A stretch of DNA of 56,426 nt, taken from a virus (taxonomy: Duplodnaviria > Caudoviricetes). Position 1 is the first letter of the stretch, and each line of letters starts with the position of its first letter. The notes under the pieces were generated by a model. It did no database searches. It was given only the letters and a program-made list of their open reading frames with translations, and was not told the DNA's origin. The stretch is from positions 1 through 56,426 of IMG/VR virus record IMGVR_UViG_3300045733_000287; one strand, written 5' to 3'. Positions 38,501-48,024 of the stretch are shown here, piece after piece. The position numbers and the translations under genes were made by a program.

Positions 38501-39958
38501 TTACTCCTCATTCTTAAACATTTGATGATAATGTTCCAGATATGCAGCAAGTCCGCAAAGACTATCCGCCGCATCATCTTCATTTTTTGAAGTCTTCAAA
38601 AGCTTACAGGCCTGAGCCATGAATCTTTGCAGATCAGGATTTGGATTCTCAGGAAAGTAAAAGAACAGCTTCACCAGTCCGGCATTAGCAAGTATCCGGG
38701 CCATCTTATTCTTTTTAGACTTCAATCCGAACACTTCAAGAGCTGGCATGAGCTCTCTGCAATGTTGTGCAAACCACGCCCCGAAACTATTCGTTTCAAT
38801 GGCTAAATGGCTTATATGATGAACCTTTACTTTATCCTGAGTCATCGGAAGGTATGCCGACAGTCCGAGTGTGCTGTCAAATATTGCATCAAATACATAA
38901 ACCCTGTTCATATTTGCATATACTCTCGCTATCGGACAGGCAAAGGCGTCAGTGCCCTCATCAGCAGGATCGACAAAGCCAATAGTGAAATACTCAACAT
39001 CGTCAGGAGGGAATTCTTTGTAGTAATGCAGACTGCTTACCGGAAATACCTTTGTTTCATCATCAGAAAGAGCAACGCAATGATAGTTTGCCTGAAAGAT
39101 CATCTTTGTCCGGCTGTCAACCTCCATTCTTTTTTTTAGCTTCAGATATGATTCTTTGCTTAATATGTCAGGACAAAGCATCTGATCCGTTTCAGCATTA
39201 TACACTGGCATTGATAATATATACCATTCTCCCGGTTCTGTTGTCTCAAGAATAACCTGCGGATCCTGCTCACCCCAAATGGTAGCACAGAATATCTCCT
39301 TTACATCGCCTCCGATAGCTGCGTTACGACTTGAAAACGTCCCGGACAGCCATACCCATACCTTTGACAGTGCGTTGTCAGAAAGTGCCATTTCCGCATC
39401 CTTGATAAGGTCATCCATTATCCTGATCGTTGCACCCTTACCGGTAACACCGCCACCAACACCTACACCGAGATAATTGAAATGTTGACCTTCTAAGGCC
39501 CACTTCTGAAAGCTCGCATTACCTTGTTTTATCTTTGTCGACGGGAATACATCGGAATAGACTGTTTGTGATTCGAGATTCTTAACCTCACTGATCCCAT
39601 CCCTGGTGTATCTGGAAAAGTCTGAAGCCTGAGCATCAGAGTGACTTGCTGTAATTATTCGCTCCTCGTTATTTTTGCCAAGTACCCATTTAGTGAAGTT
39701 TACAAGAGTCCTGCTTTTTCCGTGCTGTGGGGCCATGCGAATCATTAACTTATGATAAGGCATCCCGTCAGCCTTTAAAAGCTTATTGTAATAAAATGAC
39801 TCAAGGGTATTGCAGAGTATTCTAAGATGATCCCGGTCCTGTTTGTAGAATTCCGGTTCTAATAATTGACAGAAATCCCAGAAGTGATCCCGGGATTTAT
39901 CAATAGATTCCTCTTTAAGTAAGGTTTCAAGTTCAATTATTTCAACATCAGTCAGCAT
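38501..39958 (-). CDS. terL: Terminase large subunit
   Basis: APQHGKS Walker A, GVGGGVTGKGA, IMDDLIKD, VDPA, IETN, EDDAADS. Confidence 0.92.
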   Translation of the reverse strand: MLTDVEIIELETLLKEESIDKSRDHFWDFCQLLEPEFYKQDRDHLRILCNTLESFYYNKLLKADGMPYHKLMIRMAPQHGKSRTLVNFTKWVLGKNNEERIITASHSDAQASDFSRYTRDGISEVKNLESQTVYSDVFPSTKIKQGNASFQKWALEGQHFNYLGVGVGGGVTGKGATIRIMDDLIKDAEMALSDNALSKVWVWLSGTFSSRNAAIGGDVKEIFCATIWGEQDPQVILETTEPGEWYILSMPVYNAETDQMLCPDILSKESYLKLKKRMEVDSRTKMIFQANYHCVALSDDETKVFPVSSLHYYKEFPPDDVEYFTIGFVDPADEGTDAFACPIARVYANMNRVYVFDAIFDSTLGLSAYLPMTQDKVKVHHISHLAIETNSFGAWFAQHCRELMPALEVFGLKSKKNKMARILANAGLVKLFFYFPENPNPDLQRFMAQACKLLKTSKNEDDAADSLCGLAAYLEHYHQMFKNEE

Positions 39959-40646
39959 TCAGTTTTCTCTTTAACTGCTCTATGCGTAATTTCCGTTCTT
40001 CTGGGGTAGGTTGATATGTAGCTACCTCCCCTGAATGTTCTATTTTCTGAGGAGCATCATAACCTTGCATCTTTGAAATTGAGTCAAGGGCTTTCTGCTT
40101 GTCGTAAAGTTTAATCTTTACATACTTGACATCGTAAGGCGTTTTTACGAAATCTTCCTTATCGGGATCGTATTCAGAGAAGTATTTCCTTTCTGTCTTT
40201 GTGTCTATCTCTGCGATGCATTCTTTTTGTTCAGGGGTAAGGAGCTCAAATTGTTTTAACTCAATCCATGTATTATGCAAATGAGCTATTGAGGAAAAGG
40301 CTAATTTCAGATGTTCATTAAGAACTTTTGCCTTTGATATACCGCAAAGTTTTTCCAGATCCTTTTGAATATCAGCGCAATATTTCTGAATGTTATCTTT
40401 TGTTATCATTCTGGCGGAGTTTGCACGGGCTGAATTATCCGTTGATTTTGGATAAGCAAGCTTGTAAGCTCTTGTTGCGTTCCAATCAATCACATACTCT
40501 CTGCAAAATGCTTTCTGTTTCCCTGTTAATGGTTTGTTTTTTAGTAGTTTATCAGCCCTTTTGATAATCTTTTTCTTAGCCGATTTTGTTGAAGATAATG
40601 GCCTTGCTCTCTTAACAGATTTTATATTTATTTTTTTAACTGCCAT
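39948..40646 (-). CDS. terS: Terminase small subunit
   Basis: LTGKQKAFCREYVIDWNATRAY..KIKLYDKQKAL..KIEHSG; start at ATG 40646. Confidence 0.88.
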   Translation of the reverse strand: MAVKKINIKSVKRARPLSSTKSAKKKIIKRADKLLKNKPLTGKQKAFCREYVIDWNATRAYKLAYPKSTDNSARANSARMITKDNIQKYCADIQKDLEKLCGISKAKVLNEHLKLAFSSIAHLHNTWIELKQFELLTPEQKECIAEIDTKTERKYFSEYDPDKEDFVKTPYDVKYVKIKLYDKQKALDSISKMQGYDAPQKIEHSGEVATYQPTPEERKLRIEQLKRKLNAD

Positions 40647-41077
40647 TATGCTGCAATAAGTTTTGAATATAATTCTGGCTGGTCGGCAAAAAACCATTGA
40701 TAACCCCCTGCTTTTCTCCTCACATAATACCGCCCGTTTCTGTTATTTTTCTGTAACTTACAATGAATCACACAACAAATATTCCGACTACAAACCTTAA
40801 CCCCTTTCGATTTTAATATTCTGGCAGCAGTTACAGCACTATCAAAGGGATATAATTTACCATCCTTAATACCAACTATCGGAATACGATTTGCACCGGG
40901 TAAATGTTTATTACCTAAATGCCTGCCTAATTCCAGATACTTCTTAACCTTCCTTATTTTTCTTCCATCCATCCAGTCAATCATTGGAACGCCTTTATTG
41001 AATGGCTTGTGACCTTTTGGGAACCAGTTATGAAAACGCTTTGGCGGTGCTTCAATATTTAATTCATAATTCTCCAT
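40646..41077 (-). CDS. NUMOD-type DNA-binding protein
   Basis: FPKGHKPFNKG; F.S...AAR..NI..V..KAGGYQW; no nuclease motif seen. Confidence 0.65.
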   Translation of the reverse strand: MENYELNIEAPPKRFHNWFPKGHKPFNKGVPMIDWMDGRKIRKVKKYLELGRHLGNKHLPGANRIPIVGIKDGKLYPFDSAVTAARILKSKGVKVCSRNICCVIHCKLQKNNRNGRYYVRRKAGGYQWFFADQPELYSKLIAA

Positions 41078-41165
41078 TATGCTTTGCTTTTCTTATTTGG
41101 CCAGAATGCAACCAGAATAATGATTATGATTATTATTGCGAGCTCGATATATACCTTGTGTTCCA

Positions 41166-41348
41166 TTAGTTCATTAATTCAGATTTTGTAACAAAGAAAC
41201 ATAACCTGCCTTTTATGACTTTCATTACCGGCTGGCGGTTTAATATTCTCCGGTGATCTCTGGTTTTAATCATCAATACATCGAAACGCAAAAACCAGTC
41301 GGAGTTTTTCGGCTGATCATAGAAGTATATTTGTTTTGTTGCGTTCAT
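41166..41348 (-). CDS. Hypothetical protein
   Basis: 60-aa ORF. Confidence 0.5.
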   Translation of the reverse strand: MNATKQIYFYDQPKNSDWFLRFDVLMIKTRDHRRILNRQPVMKVIKGRLCFFVTKSELMN

Positions 41349-41360
41349 TGTTACTGTTTT

Positions 41361-41400
41361 AAAAAAGCCCCGGACTTTTCGCTCTCTGGTAATCCGGGGC
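41361..41400 (-). terminator. Rho-independent terminator
   Basis: GCCCCGGA..TCCGGGGC followed by T6. Confidence 0.65.
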
Positions 41401-41599
41401 GGACTTTTCTCTCTGTGCCGGTTTCTATTGCTTTAACTTATGTTCCGGAAGCAATTGTATATCGTTTAAAATAATATTCATCGGGCCTCCTATTTCCTGT
41501 CAGAGAAAAATAAATCAACAAATCTTCTTGCATAAGCACTGACATGCTGCCAGAATATCCATTGCCTTACTTTCAGAGGCCCCTCTCTTTGGTTGTTTG

Positions 41600-41672
41600 T
41601 TGCATCGAAGGGATTCGAACCCCTAACCTTCAGATTATGGGTCTGACGAGCTGGCCGCTGCTCTACGATGCG
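41600..41672 (-). tRNA. tRNA-Met(CAT), initiator-like
   Basis: Full cloverleaf folded by hand: C1xA72, GAGC/GCTC D stem, TCAGA-CCCATAA-TCTGA, GGTTCGAATCC; CCA not encoded. Confidence 0.9.
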
Positions 41673-41689
41673 ATATTCAATGAACTCTT

Positions 41690-41781
41690 AAAAAACTGGG
41701 TCAGTTTATCGTCAGTATGTTTCGGAATAACCGACCCGGTAAACCCTAAAATGAAAAACTCATTAAACCAGTGTAAAATTA
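41690..41781 (-). ncRNA. Candidate small RNA with its own -7-like box and terminal hairpin
   Basis: TAATTTTA box, U-rich single-stranded part, CGGGTCGGTT..AACTGACCCAG-TTTTT. Confidence 0.35.
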
Positions 41782-41854
41782 CGAATACTAATTGAATTTG
41801 AGTGAATAAATATAAACAATTTGGAAGTTATATCAACAAATCACTTTCGCAAAT

Positions 41855-42088
41855 CTATTTTTTAACCTCATTCTTCCAGTACTGATAAAGATCTTCAAGT
41901 GTGTTAAATGTTAGATCAATATCACATACACCATACCATCCAGAATCATACATTTTGTAACAATTTATAATTAGCCACTCAATAAACTCAAATACATGAG
42001 CTGTGATTTCTTTGGCAGATTTTTCATAGTGCTTGCCGCCTGATCCGCAAAAGTTTCTAAATATGATTTCAATTATACATTCTTCCAT
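41855..42088 (-). CDS. Hypothetical protein
   Basis: FIEWL..LYQYW motif; ORF track. Confidence 0.6.
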   Translation of the reverse strand: MEECIIEIIFRNFCGSGGKHYEKSAKEITAHVFEFIEWLIINCYKMYDSGWYGVCDIDLTFNTLEDLYQYWKNEVKK

Positions 42089-42098
42089 GTTCTTTTAT

Positions 42099-42476
42099 TT
42101 AATTGATTTTCATTAGTGTCTCAAAACGAGTTATATCAAGTAGTCCGGTTTTGTCGGGATGAGGGTCATGTACTATACCGTTATTCCAAACAACGGCATG
42201 AGTAATCCTCTTTCTTTTGCTTCGTGGACTTTTACCAATTGCAACACAATAACCATTCTCATGGAATAATGATACAGGAATTGAATCATATTTATACCCC
42301 ATTTTTTCAATAGTTACAAGTGTTTCTGTATATAATGTCGGCCAATCTGTTATTATATTTGGATCAGGGAACATATCTATATCACATTCAAGAATAGATG
42401 CTAAACATGCTCTCCAGCAATCACCCTTCTGATTCTTTTTGGGGGAGTGAAGATATTTTTGCATTACTTTAATCAT
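42099..42476 (-). CDS. Papain-like (C39-like) cysteine peptidase fold protein
   Basis: GDCWRACLASIL..HAVV..VHDP (Cys-His-Asp). Confidence 0.6.
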   Translation of the reverse strand: MIKVMQKYLHSPKKNQKGDCWRACLASILECDIDMFPDPNIITDWPTLYTETLVTIEKMGYKYDSIPVSLFHENGYCVAIGKSPRSKRKRITHAVVWNNGIVHDPHPDKTGLLDITRFETLMKIN

Positions 42477-42513
42477 TCTTATTTTAGTTTATTACTCGAT
42501 TTTATTGACTATA

Positions 42514-42747
42514 CTAATCTGTTGTGTCAAACTGAATTGCAATAAAGTTTTTCATTTCAGGAAATTCACATTGCAGTGATGTAAGTTCTCCTTTATCATA
42601 CATTTCATAAACTGATATCTTAGGATAAACCCCCTCACTGCTTGGTTCTTCACTTGCATGTTCTTCATTAAGTTCAATGTCAAAAATACATACTTCCATG
42701 TCTAATGGAAATTCCTGTAACTTTTTAATTAAGTCTGCGTTTTTCAT
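42514..42747 (-). CDS. Hypothetical protein
   Basis: LIKKLQEFPLDMEV N-terminal motif, shared with 45676-45876. Confidence 0.65.
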   Translation of the reverse strand: MKNADLIKKLQEFPLDMEVCIFDIELNEEHASEEPSSEGVYPKISVYEMYDKGELTSLQCEFPEMKNFIAIQFDTTD

Positions 42748-42919
42748 TTTCTCTTTATTACTGTTATTTACCTTTATCTTGGTTCATTTTATCAAGGTTT
42801 AAGAAAAACAATTAAGGCGATACTTTCAATAATAACAAGAGTAAAAAATATTATCATATATTTTTGTCTTTCCCATACCTCATTCCAATATGTTCTCATC
42901 TTCTTTATAGTTTAGTCTG

Positions 42920-43210
42920 TTATTTACCTTTCTCTTTGAGATACTCGTCAACTCCATTTACCTGTTCTTCTACCCATTTATCAAAGTCAGAAGTAACTTT
43001 AACAGGAGTATTAAAACTATAAGCATAATACAACGCATTTGTTATATATTGCTTTAAATCCTCTCTCAGTCCCTCTGTCGGCTCTTCCTGTGAGGAGTCA
43101 AGAAGTGCAATTATATCATTCACTACCTTTCTTTTTGCCTTTACAGGTTTTGGCATATCTAACTGTAATTCTCGACTTAAAATCTGAAATATTTTATCTT
43201 CTATTCTCAT
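42920..43210 (-). CDS. Hypothetical protein
   Basis: ORF track. Confidence 0.6.
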   Translation of the reverse strand: MRIEDKIFQILSRELQLDMPKPVKAKRKVVNDIIALLDSSQEEPTEGLREDLKQYITNALYYAYSFNTPVKVTSDFDKWVEEQVNGVDEYLKEKGK

Positions 43211-43222
43211 ATCATTGTCCTG

Positions 43223-43555
43223 TTAATTATTAAATTTAACTGCGTGCTTTTCACATACATAGTTTAATTGACCGTAAAAATCAGGTATGTCATAATCTTC
43301 TTTTGTTTGTAAGTTACGAAACTCTTCCGTTATTATCTCATAAAAATCTTCATTCGTAACACCTTCATCGCTATTACTAAACATATCGAGTTTATTACAT
43401 ATTTCAATACATCTTAGATGAGATTTCCATATATAAAATCCATCTCCTTTTATTGCCTGACATTGATACGTTTCACCAATTTTTATTTCACCACTACAAA
43501 AATTACATTTATGTGATTTTCTGGCTATGTGATTTTTATAACTAAGTACGTCCAT
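43223..43555 (-). CDS. Zn-finger hypothetical phage protein
   Basis: ARKSHKCNFC..I..GETY..H..C. Confidence 0.7.
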   Translation of the reverse strand: MDVLSYKNHIARKSHKCNFCSGEIKIGETYQCQAIKGDGFYIWKSHLRCIEICNKLDMFSNSDEGVTNEDFYEIITEEFRNLQTKEDYDIPDFYGQLNYVCEKHAVKFNN

Positions 43556-43556
43556 A

Positions 43557-43853
43557 TTATTTACCTGTTAGTTGTTTACGCATAAATTCTCTAAATGACT
43601 TAATCATTGCATAATCATCCATTCCATCCAAATCAGTCAATAAATCAATTATCTCAGCATCCGATACAGATACCTCTGGAAGTGGAAGAAGATAATATGT
43701 AACATTTAAAATATCATCTGATCTCATTTCTCTCCATTTACCATTTGAAAGATATGCAAATGTATTATATCCATATTTTGTGCAGACAAAAAACCCTGTA
43801 TCTTCTTTTGGCAAATCATCTTTGCTTTTTACTATCACTTGTCTGTAATCCAT
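43557..43853 (-). CDS. Hypothetical protein
   Basis: DLP...VTYYLLP pattern; ORF track. Confidence 0.6.
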   Translation of the reverse strand: MDYRQVIVKSKDDLPKEDTGFFVCTKYGYNTFAYLSNGKWREMRSDDILNVTYYLLPLPEVSVSDAEIIDLLTDLDGMDDYAMIKSFREFMRKQLTGK

Positions 43854-43854
43854 T

Positions 43855-44055
43855 TTATTTGGGAGTATTTCTGAAGTTTAAATAAATAATTTTCTTGTTA
43901 AAAAGAATCAATTCAAAATACTTGTATTTAAAGCAATTTCGCCACCAGAATAATAAATAATCTTTGTGATAAATTAATATGTCGAAAGAAGTGTCCGTTT
44001 TTTCAACCTGTAATAATAACCACCTATTTTCAATATATTTACAAAAGTCTTTCAT
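43855..44055 (-). CDS. Hypothetical protein
   Basis: ORF track. Confidence 0.45.
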   Translation of the reverse strand: MKDFCKYIENRWLLLQVEKTDTSFDILIYHKDYLLFWWRNCFKYKYFELILFNKKIIYLNFRNTPK

Positions 44056-44270
44056 CTTCTTCTGTTATTGGTTATTATTTTAATGTTTTTATGATCTTAT
44101 ATCCCTTATCTTCAAGAGATTTCCTCCATATTCTTTTTCCAATTCAAGAGAACAATTTAAGAGAGATGAATCTTGCCATAAAAACTCCTGAACTTTTCTT
44201 GCTCCAATAATAGCCTCGGAAATTATTTGTTCTTCTTTTGTATAGTCAATTGTTTTCATGTTATTCGGTT

Positions 44271-44558
44271 TTAAATTTCATCAGGAACGTCACCTACAAA
44301 GAATCGTATTACCCTCTCAACTTCTTCAAGGTTTTTGATATAAATACGTCCTTTGATAGTTTGTTCTTTATCAACCCTGATCATCTGAACTAAATGTGTT
44401 TCACAATCCCAATCCAGATATATTCTCTTTGTAAGGTTTCGGGTTACTAAAAACCAATCAAAACCGTTCTGTTTGAAAAATATATTATCTGATTCATCAC
44501 TTCTTTTGAATCCCAAATCAATGACATCCTGATAATTAATCTTTTCTTGTACTTCCAT
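44271..44558 (-). CDS. Hypothetical protein
   Basis: ORF track. Confidence 0.65.
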   Translation of the reverse strand: MEVQEKINYQDVIDLGFKRSDESDNIFFKQNGFDWFLVTRNLTKRIYLDWDCETHLVQMIRVDKEQTIKGRIYIKNLEEVERVIRFFVGDVPDEI

Positions 44559-45435
44559 TTGTCAAAATATTATAAGGGTTTATAACATCAAAAGGAAACA
44601 TTTTTTTAATAACCGTTTCGTAATCAATTTGAAATAACTTCTGACTTTTATGGTTTGCAATTGATAATTCACTGATCCACCAATAAAATGCCTCATAAGG
44701 ATTATTGAAATGTTTGCCAATACTCCCCCCCCCAGTTTTTCCTGCAATAATATTTTTATCTATTGCCTTAATGGTCGTGTAAACGAATCGTGGATACATT
44801 TTATATTCCTTAATTCTTTGTGCTTGTCTGCCTAAAGGACATCCAATACAACCTAACCGATGGAAACCTTTATCATAAAAATCTGGATAAATCAGTTTGT
44901 TTTTATGAATGTACGCCCAAATATCTTTAGTCGTCCAGTTCATTATTGGATAAGCATGAATTTTATCTTTAATCCTTGTGTCGCATGCCTCGGGTTCTTT
45001 TAATGCAAGCAACCGCCTCCCTCTGGCAGATATTCTATTGGATTTGCCTCGTCTAGAATATCGTATTTCTTCTTCTTTGCTTTCATCTATTCGGAGTCCT
45101 TCAAATGTTTTTGCACCTTTTCCGACATATTCTTTAAGATGCTGACAACAAAATCTATGTTGACGTGTTGGTAGTCCATATTTTTCAATCAACTCCCAAA
45201 ATGAATATATTGGTTGCATTATAGTTACTTCTGGAAAATTATTCCTGATAAATCCTATATGTCCGGGTGGATCAATAGTTGTGTTTTGATATGAATAGGA
45301 AAAATCAAGTCCTGACCTTTTGGCTAAATGCAATAGAACAATACTATCTTTCCCGCCAGAAAACTGAACAATATTTTCACGCCTATCATCATACAGACTG
45401 ATCATTGTTTTCAAACTTTGTTTTTCCAAATCCAT
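44536..45435 (-). CDS. PAPS/APS reductase family protein
   Basis: FSGGKDS PP-loop, RFCC..LKE, RLGCIGCP. Confidence 0.88.
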   Translation of the reverse strand: MDLEKQSLKTMISLYDDRRENIVQFSGGKDSIVLLHLAKRSGLDFSYSYQNTTIDPPGHIGFIRNNFPEVTIMQPIYSFWELIEKYGLPTRQHRFCCQHLKEYVGKGAKTFEGLRIDESKEEEIRYSRRGKSNRISARGRRLLALKEPEACDTRIKDKIHAYPIMNWTTKDIWAYIHKNKLIYPDFYDKGFHRLGCIGCPLGRQAQRIKEYKMYPRFVYTTIKAIDKNIIAGKTGGGSIGKHFNNPYEAFYWWISELSIANHKSQKLFQIDYETVIKKMFPFDVINPYNILTNGSTRKD

Positions 45436-45437
45436 AC

Positions 45438-45626
45438 CTATTGCCTATTAAATATATCTTCAAGTTTGCATCTGTCAACTTCAATCCCATTCTCCACGCT
45501 CACAACTTCTGAAGTACCGGGATACCATGATAATATCTCATGCTTCACCTTATTGAACTTCTTAAAGTCTTTTGGTAACTTCCATTCATCAGTGCCGGAG
45601 TCGGTATGTATGTGTAAAATAATCAC
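45438..45626 (-). CDS. Hypothetical protein (start uncertain)
   Basis: ORF track. Confidence 0.5.
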   Translation of the reverse strand: MIILHIHTDSGTDEWKLPKDFKKFNKVKHEILSWYPGTSEVVSVENGIEVDRCKLEDIFNRQ

Positions 45627-45675
45627 GGTTGTAATTTCTACAATGTTTTTCTATTAAATTATGACATTTATCATA

Positions 45676-45876
45676 TTATCTATATTCCAAAAATATAACA
45701 GTCCCATTATGCAATATCCTTTCTTTACCCTTTTTAGTTACATGTGTTTTAGTCACACGTCCATCAGATAAAGATATTATATCATCATAGCCAAATACGC
45801 TATTTAAACTACTCACCTGAACCAAAGCATCCTGAGGATACTTCGATAATTTCTTAATTAATTCTTTATTTTTCAT
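45676..45876 (-). CDS. Hypothetical protein
   Basis: LIKKLSKYPQDALV motif. Confidence 0.6.
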   Translation of the reverse strand: MKNKELIKKLSKYPQDALVQVSSLNSVFGYDDIISLSDGRVTKTHVTKKGKERILHNGTVIFLEYR

Positions 45877-46044
45877 ATCTTACTTTCATAAAAAGCGAAT
45901 ACCTCATCTATCGTATATTCCCGGTCGTACTTTTCGCCCTTGATATAACTGATCTTTGGCTTTGTCTTATCAGTCCCGTTGTACTTAGTTTGAAACGGAC
46001 ATTTCGGATCGTCAGTCCACTCAATAAAGGCTTTTGTCTGGGGG

Positions 46045-46575
46045 TCAATCATTTGTAAATAGTGTTTTTATTTTCTTTTCAACCGTAACAATCGTATCGT
46101 TATGACTTCCGCCGTGAGCTACTAATAATATTTCTATTATCTCAAAACCTCTGACTTTGCCAATTCCTGAACTATTCCAGCCAAATGACATAACAATACC
46201 GTCCGGTTTTACAACCCGGGATATTTCATTTATCTGTTTTGTTCTCCAACTTGATTGAGTAGTTTCCATTACAACCGGAATGCCTACATTTTTATAACAC
46301 TCCGATACCTGACGAAGCGAGTAAGGCGGATCGTAAAAAACAAAATCAATTGATTCAGTTTTAAATTGCTTTAGAAATTCGACCGCATCCATTGAATAAT
46401 CGCATTTCATTTCAGGATTAAGATCGTTAGTAATTTTTGCAAGTCTGGATTTGTTCGCAAATGGATCTATACTTTCAAGTTTGGAGTTGAAATATTTATG
46501 AATTAATTTAGCAATACATTTTATCTCAAATGTATTTGAATTAGGCATTTCCCAAACTCTGTTAAATATTATCAT
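46045..46575 (-). CDS. Small phage adenine-specific DNA methyltransferase-like protein
   Basis: IDPFA, FYDPPYS, GWNS.G.G, HGG.HNDTI; start at ATG 46575. Confidence 0.75.
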   Translation of the reverse strand: MIIFNRVWEMPNSNTFEIKCIAKLIHKYFNSKLESIDPFANKSRLAKITNDLNPEMKCDYSMDAVEFLKQFKTESIDFVFYDPPYSLRQVSECYKNVGIPVVMETTQSSWRTKQINEISRVVKPDGIVMSFGWNSSGIGKVRGFEIIEILLVAHGGSHNDTIVTVEKKIKTLFTND

Positions 46576-46674
46576 AAAATTGATATTGTTCTTTTGGAAA
46601 TGCACTATGTACTCCATTAATATAATTAGTGCATTCTCTAATTGTCTCCGTTTGCTTATTTCTGATCTTGTCGC

Positions 46675-46896
46675 TCATGGCTTTACTACATTTCGTTTTA
46701 TTTCTGTTGGTTTAATTCTCCCCATCATTTGTTCAATGATTTCCAGTCTGCAAAATTCACAAATGCCAAGTAAGTCAGGAAGTGTAAATCCTTCATTAGT
46801 GCGGTTCATTGATGATGTTAAATCAGTATAGGTAATGACTTCAATAGTCCATTTCTTTTTACTGAAAACTTTTTTATCTTCTGTTTTTCTTTTCAT
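46675..46896 (-). CDS. Hypothetical protein
   Basis: Start placed after the repeated AAAACCGAATAAC leader. Confidence 0.55.
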   Translation of the reverse strand: MKRKTEDKKVFSKKKWTIEVITYTDLTSSMNRTNEGFTLPDLLGICEFCRLEIIEQMMGRIKPTEIKRNVVKP

Positions 46897-47095
46897 GTTA
46901 TTCGGTTTTAAGTAATTCAATTATTTTTCAATAAATGGTTTAACATCTGGCTTAAAATCAGAGCAAGCCTTCGTACAAACACATGCAATTCGTCTGGGAT
47001 GATTGCAAGTAATAAAAGGATCATAAGCATCAAACCATTTACAGTCTTCTTTTTCTCTCCTTTTAGCCTTTTTCATATCTCATGTATTAAATAAC

Positions 47096-47836
47096 TCATT
47101 CAACCTGATGTATTTTGTATCCACTATACGGCTGATTTGTGCAGCTCATAACATCCTCAAAGGGTGAGTTTAATCTCTTTGCAAAAGGCAATTTGACCGG
47201 CTCTTTGCCTATCAATAGCGACTTTGTTTCCTTTGTGATCTTCTCAGGCTTACTGATATTTATACTGAATAGCTTATTATACTCCGCTTTTACTTCATGG
47301 ACATTATCAACAACATAAAGCCCGTGCATGACAGTCGCATGATCTTTGCCTACTAAATTACCGATCTCCTGTAGTGATGCTTTGGTGAATAGCTTTGCAC
47401 GTTTGAAATAAAAGAATCGTGCCGTGACGATCTCGCGCTTGCGTGTTTTCATCTTTAAAACATCAATAGGAATTCCGGTTATGCCCGAAACCTCTTCCAG
47501 AACACTCTGCGGGTCGGCATATTTAGACCTGCTGATTGTTTCGATCCTGATCTCTTTTATGAACTGGAACCCGTTCTCATCCCTTACGTAAAACTCATTA
47601 ACAAAGTCATACATGAGTTGCGTTACGCCGAAATCAACAAACAGGTATAAGACATCAACGCATTTGATTACCTTGTCTGAGAACTTCTGCAGATCAATAT
47701 CCTGGTAGTCCTGCCATGCTGTTGAGTGAATACAGGTGTAGCCATTTGACTTAACCCTGTTGGCGCAAAGTGAAAAATAAACCGAAGGGTTAATATTCCT
47801 GTCAATCGGTGCGATTAGTATTAAGGCTGTTTTCAT
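47096..47836 (-). CDS. Protein with a DnaA domain-IV-like HTH
   Basis: KTRKREIVTAR..SLQEIG..GKDHATVMHG. Confidence 0.75.
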   Translation of the reverse strand: MKTALILIAPIDRNINPSVYFSLCANRVKSNGYTCIHSTAWQDYQDIDLQKFSDKVIKCVDVLYLFVDFGVTQLMYDFVNEFYVRDENGFQFIKEIRIETISRSKYADPQSVLEEVSGITGIPIDVLKMKTRKREIVTARFFYFKRAKLFTKASLQEIGNLVGKDHATVMHGLYVVDNVHEVKAEYNKLFSINISKPEKITKETKSLLIGKEPVKLPFAKRLNSPFEDVMSCTNQPYSGYKIHQVE

Positions 47837-48024
47837 AATAATCTTTTTAACAGTTCAATCTGTTTGATGATATCGTTTTTACGGACAATACATTTACACA
47901 TCTCCGGTGCGTTCTTATATGTCGTATATAACAACTTCTCTGCTTCAGTTTTATCTAAGTCGGCTTTTAACAGGATTATTGCTATCTCAATCCTTTTGCG
48001 GAGTGCTGATTTGAATAGTCTCAT
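47833..48024 (-). CDS. Hypothetical protein
   Basis: ATGA-coupled on both sides. Confidence 0.6.
   Translation of the reverse strand: MRLFKSALRKRIEIAIILLKADLDKTEAEKLLYTTYKNAPEMCKCIVRKNDIIKQIELLKRLL

Noticed and set aside
40646-41077. Homing endonuclease upstream of terS
   Set aside because: Only NUMOD-like DNA-binding motifs; no HNH or GIY-YIG catalytic motif visible
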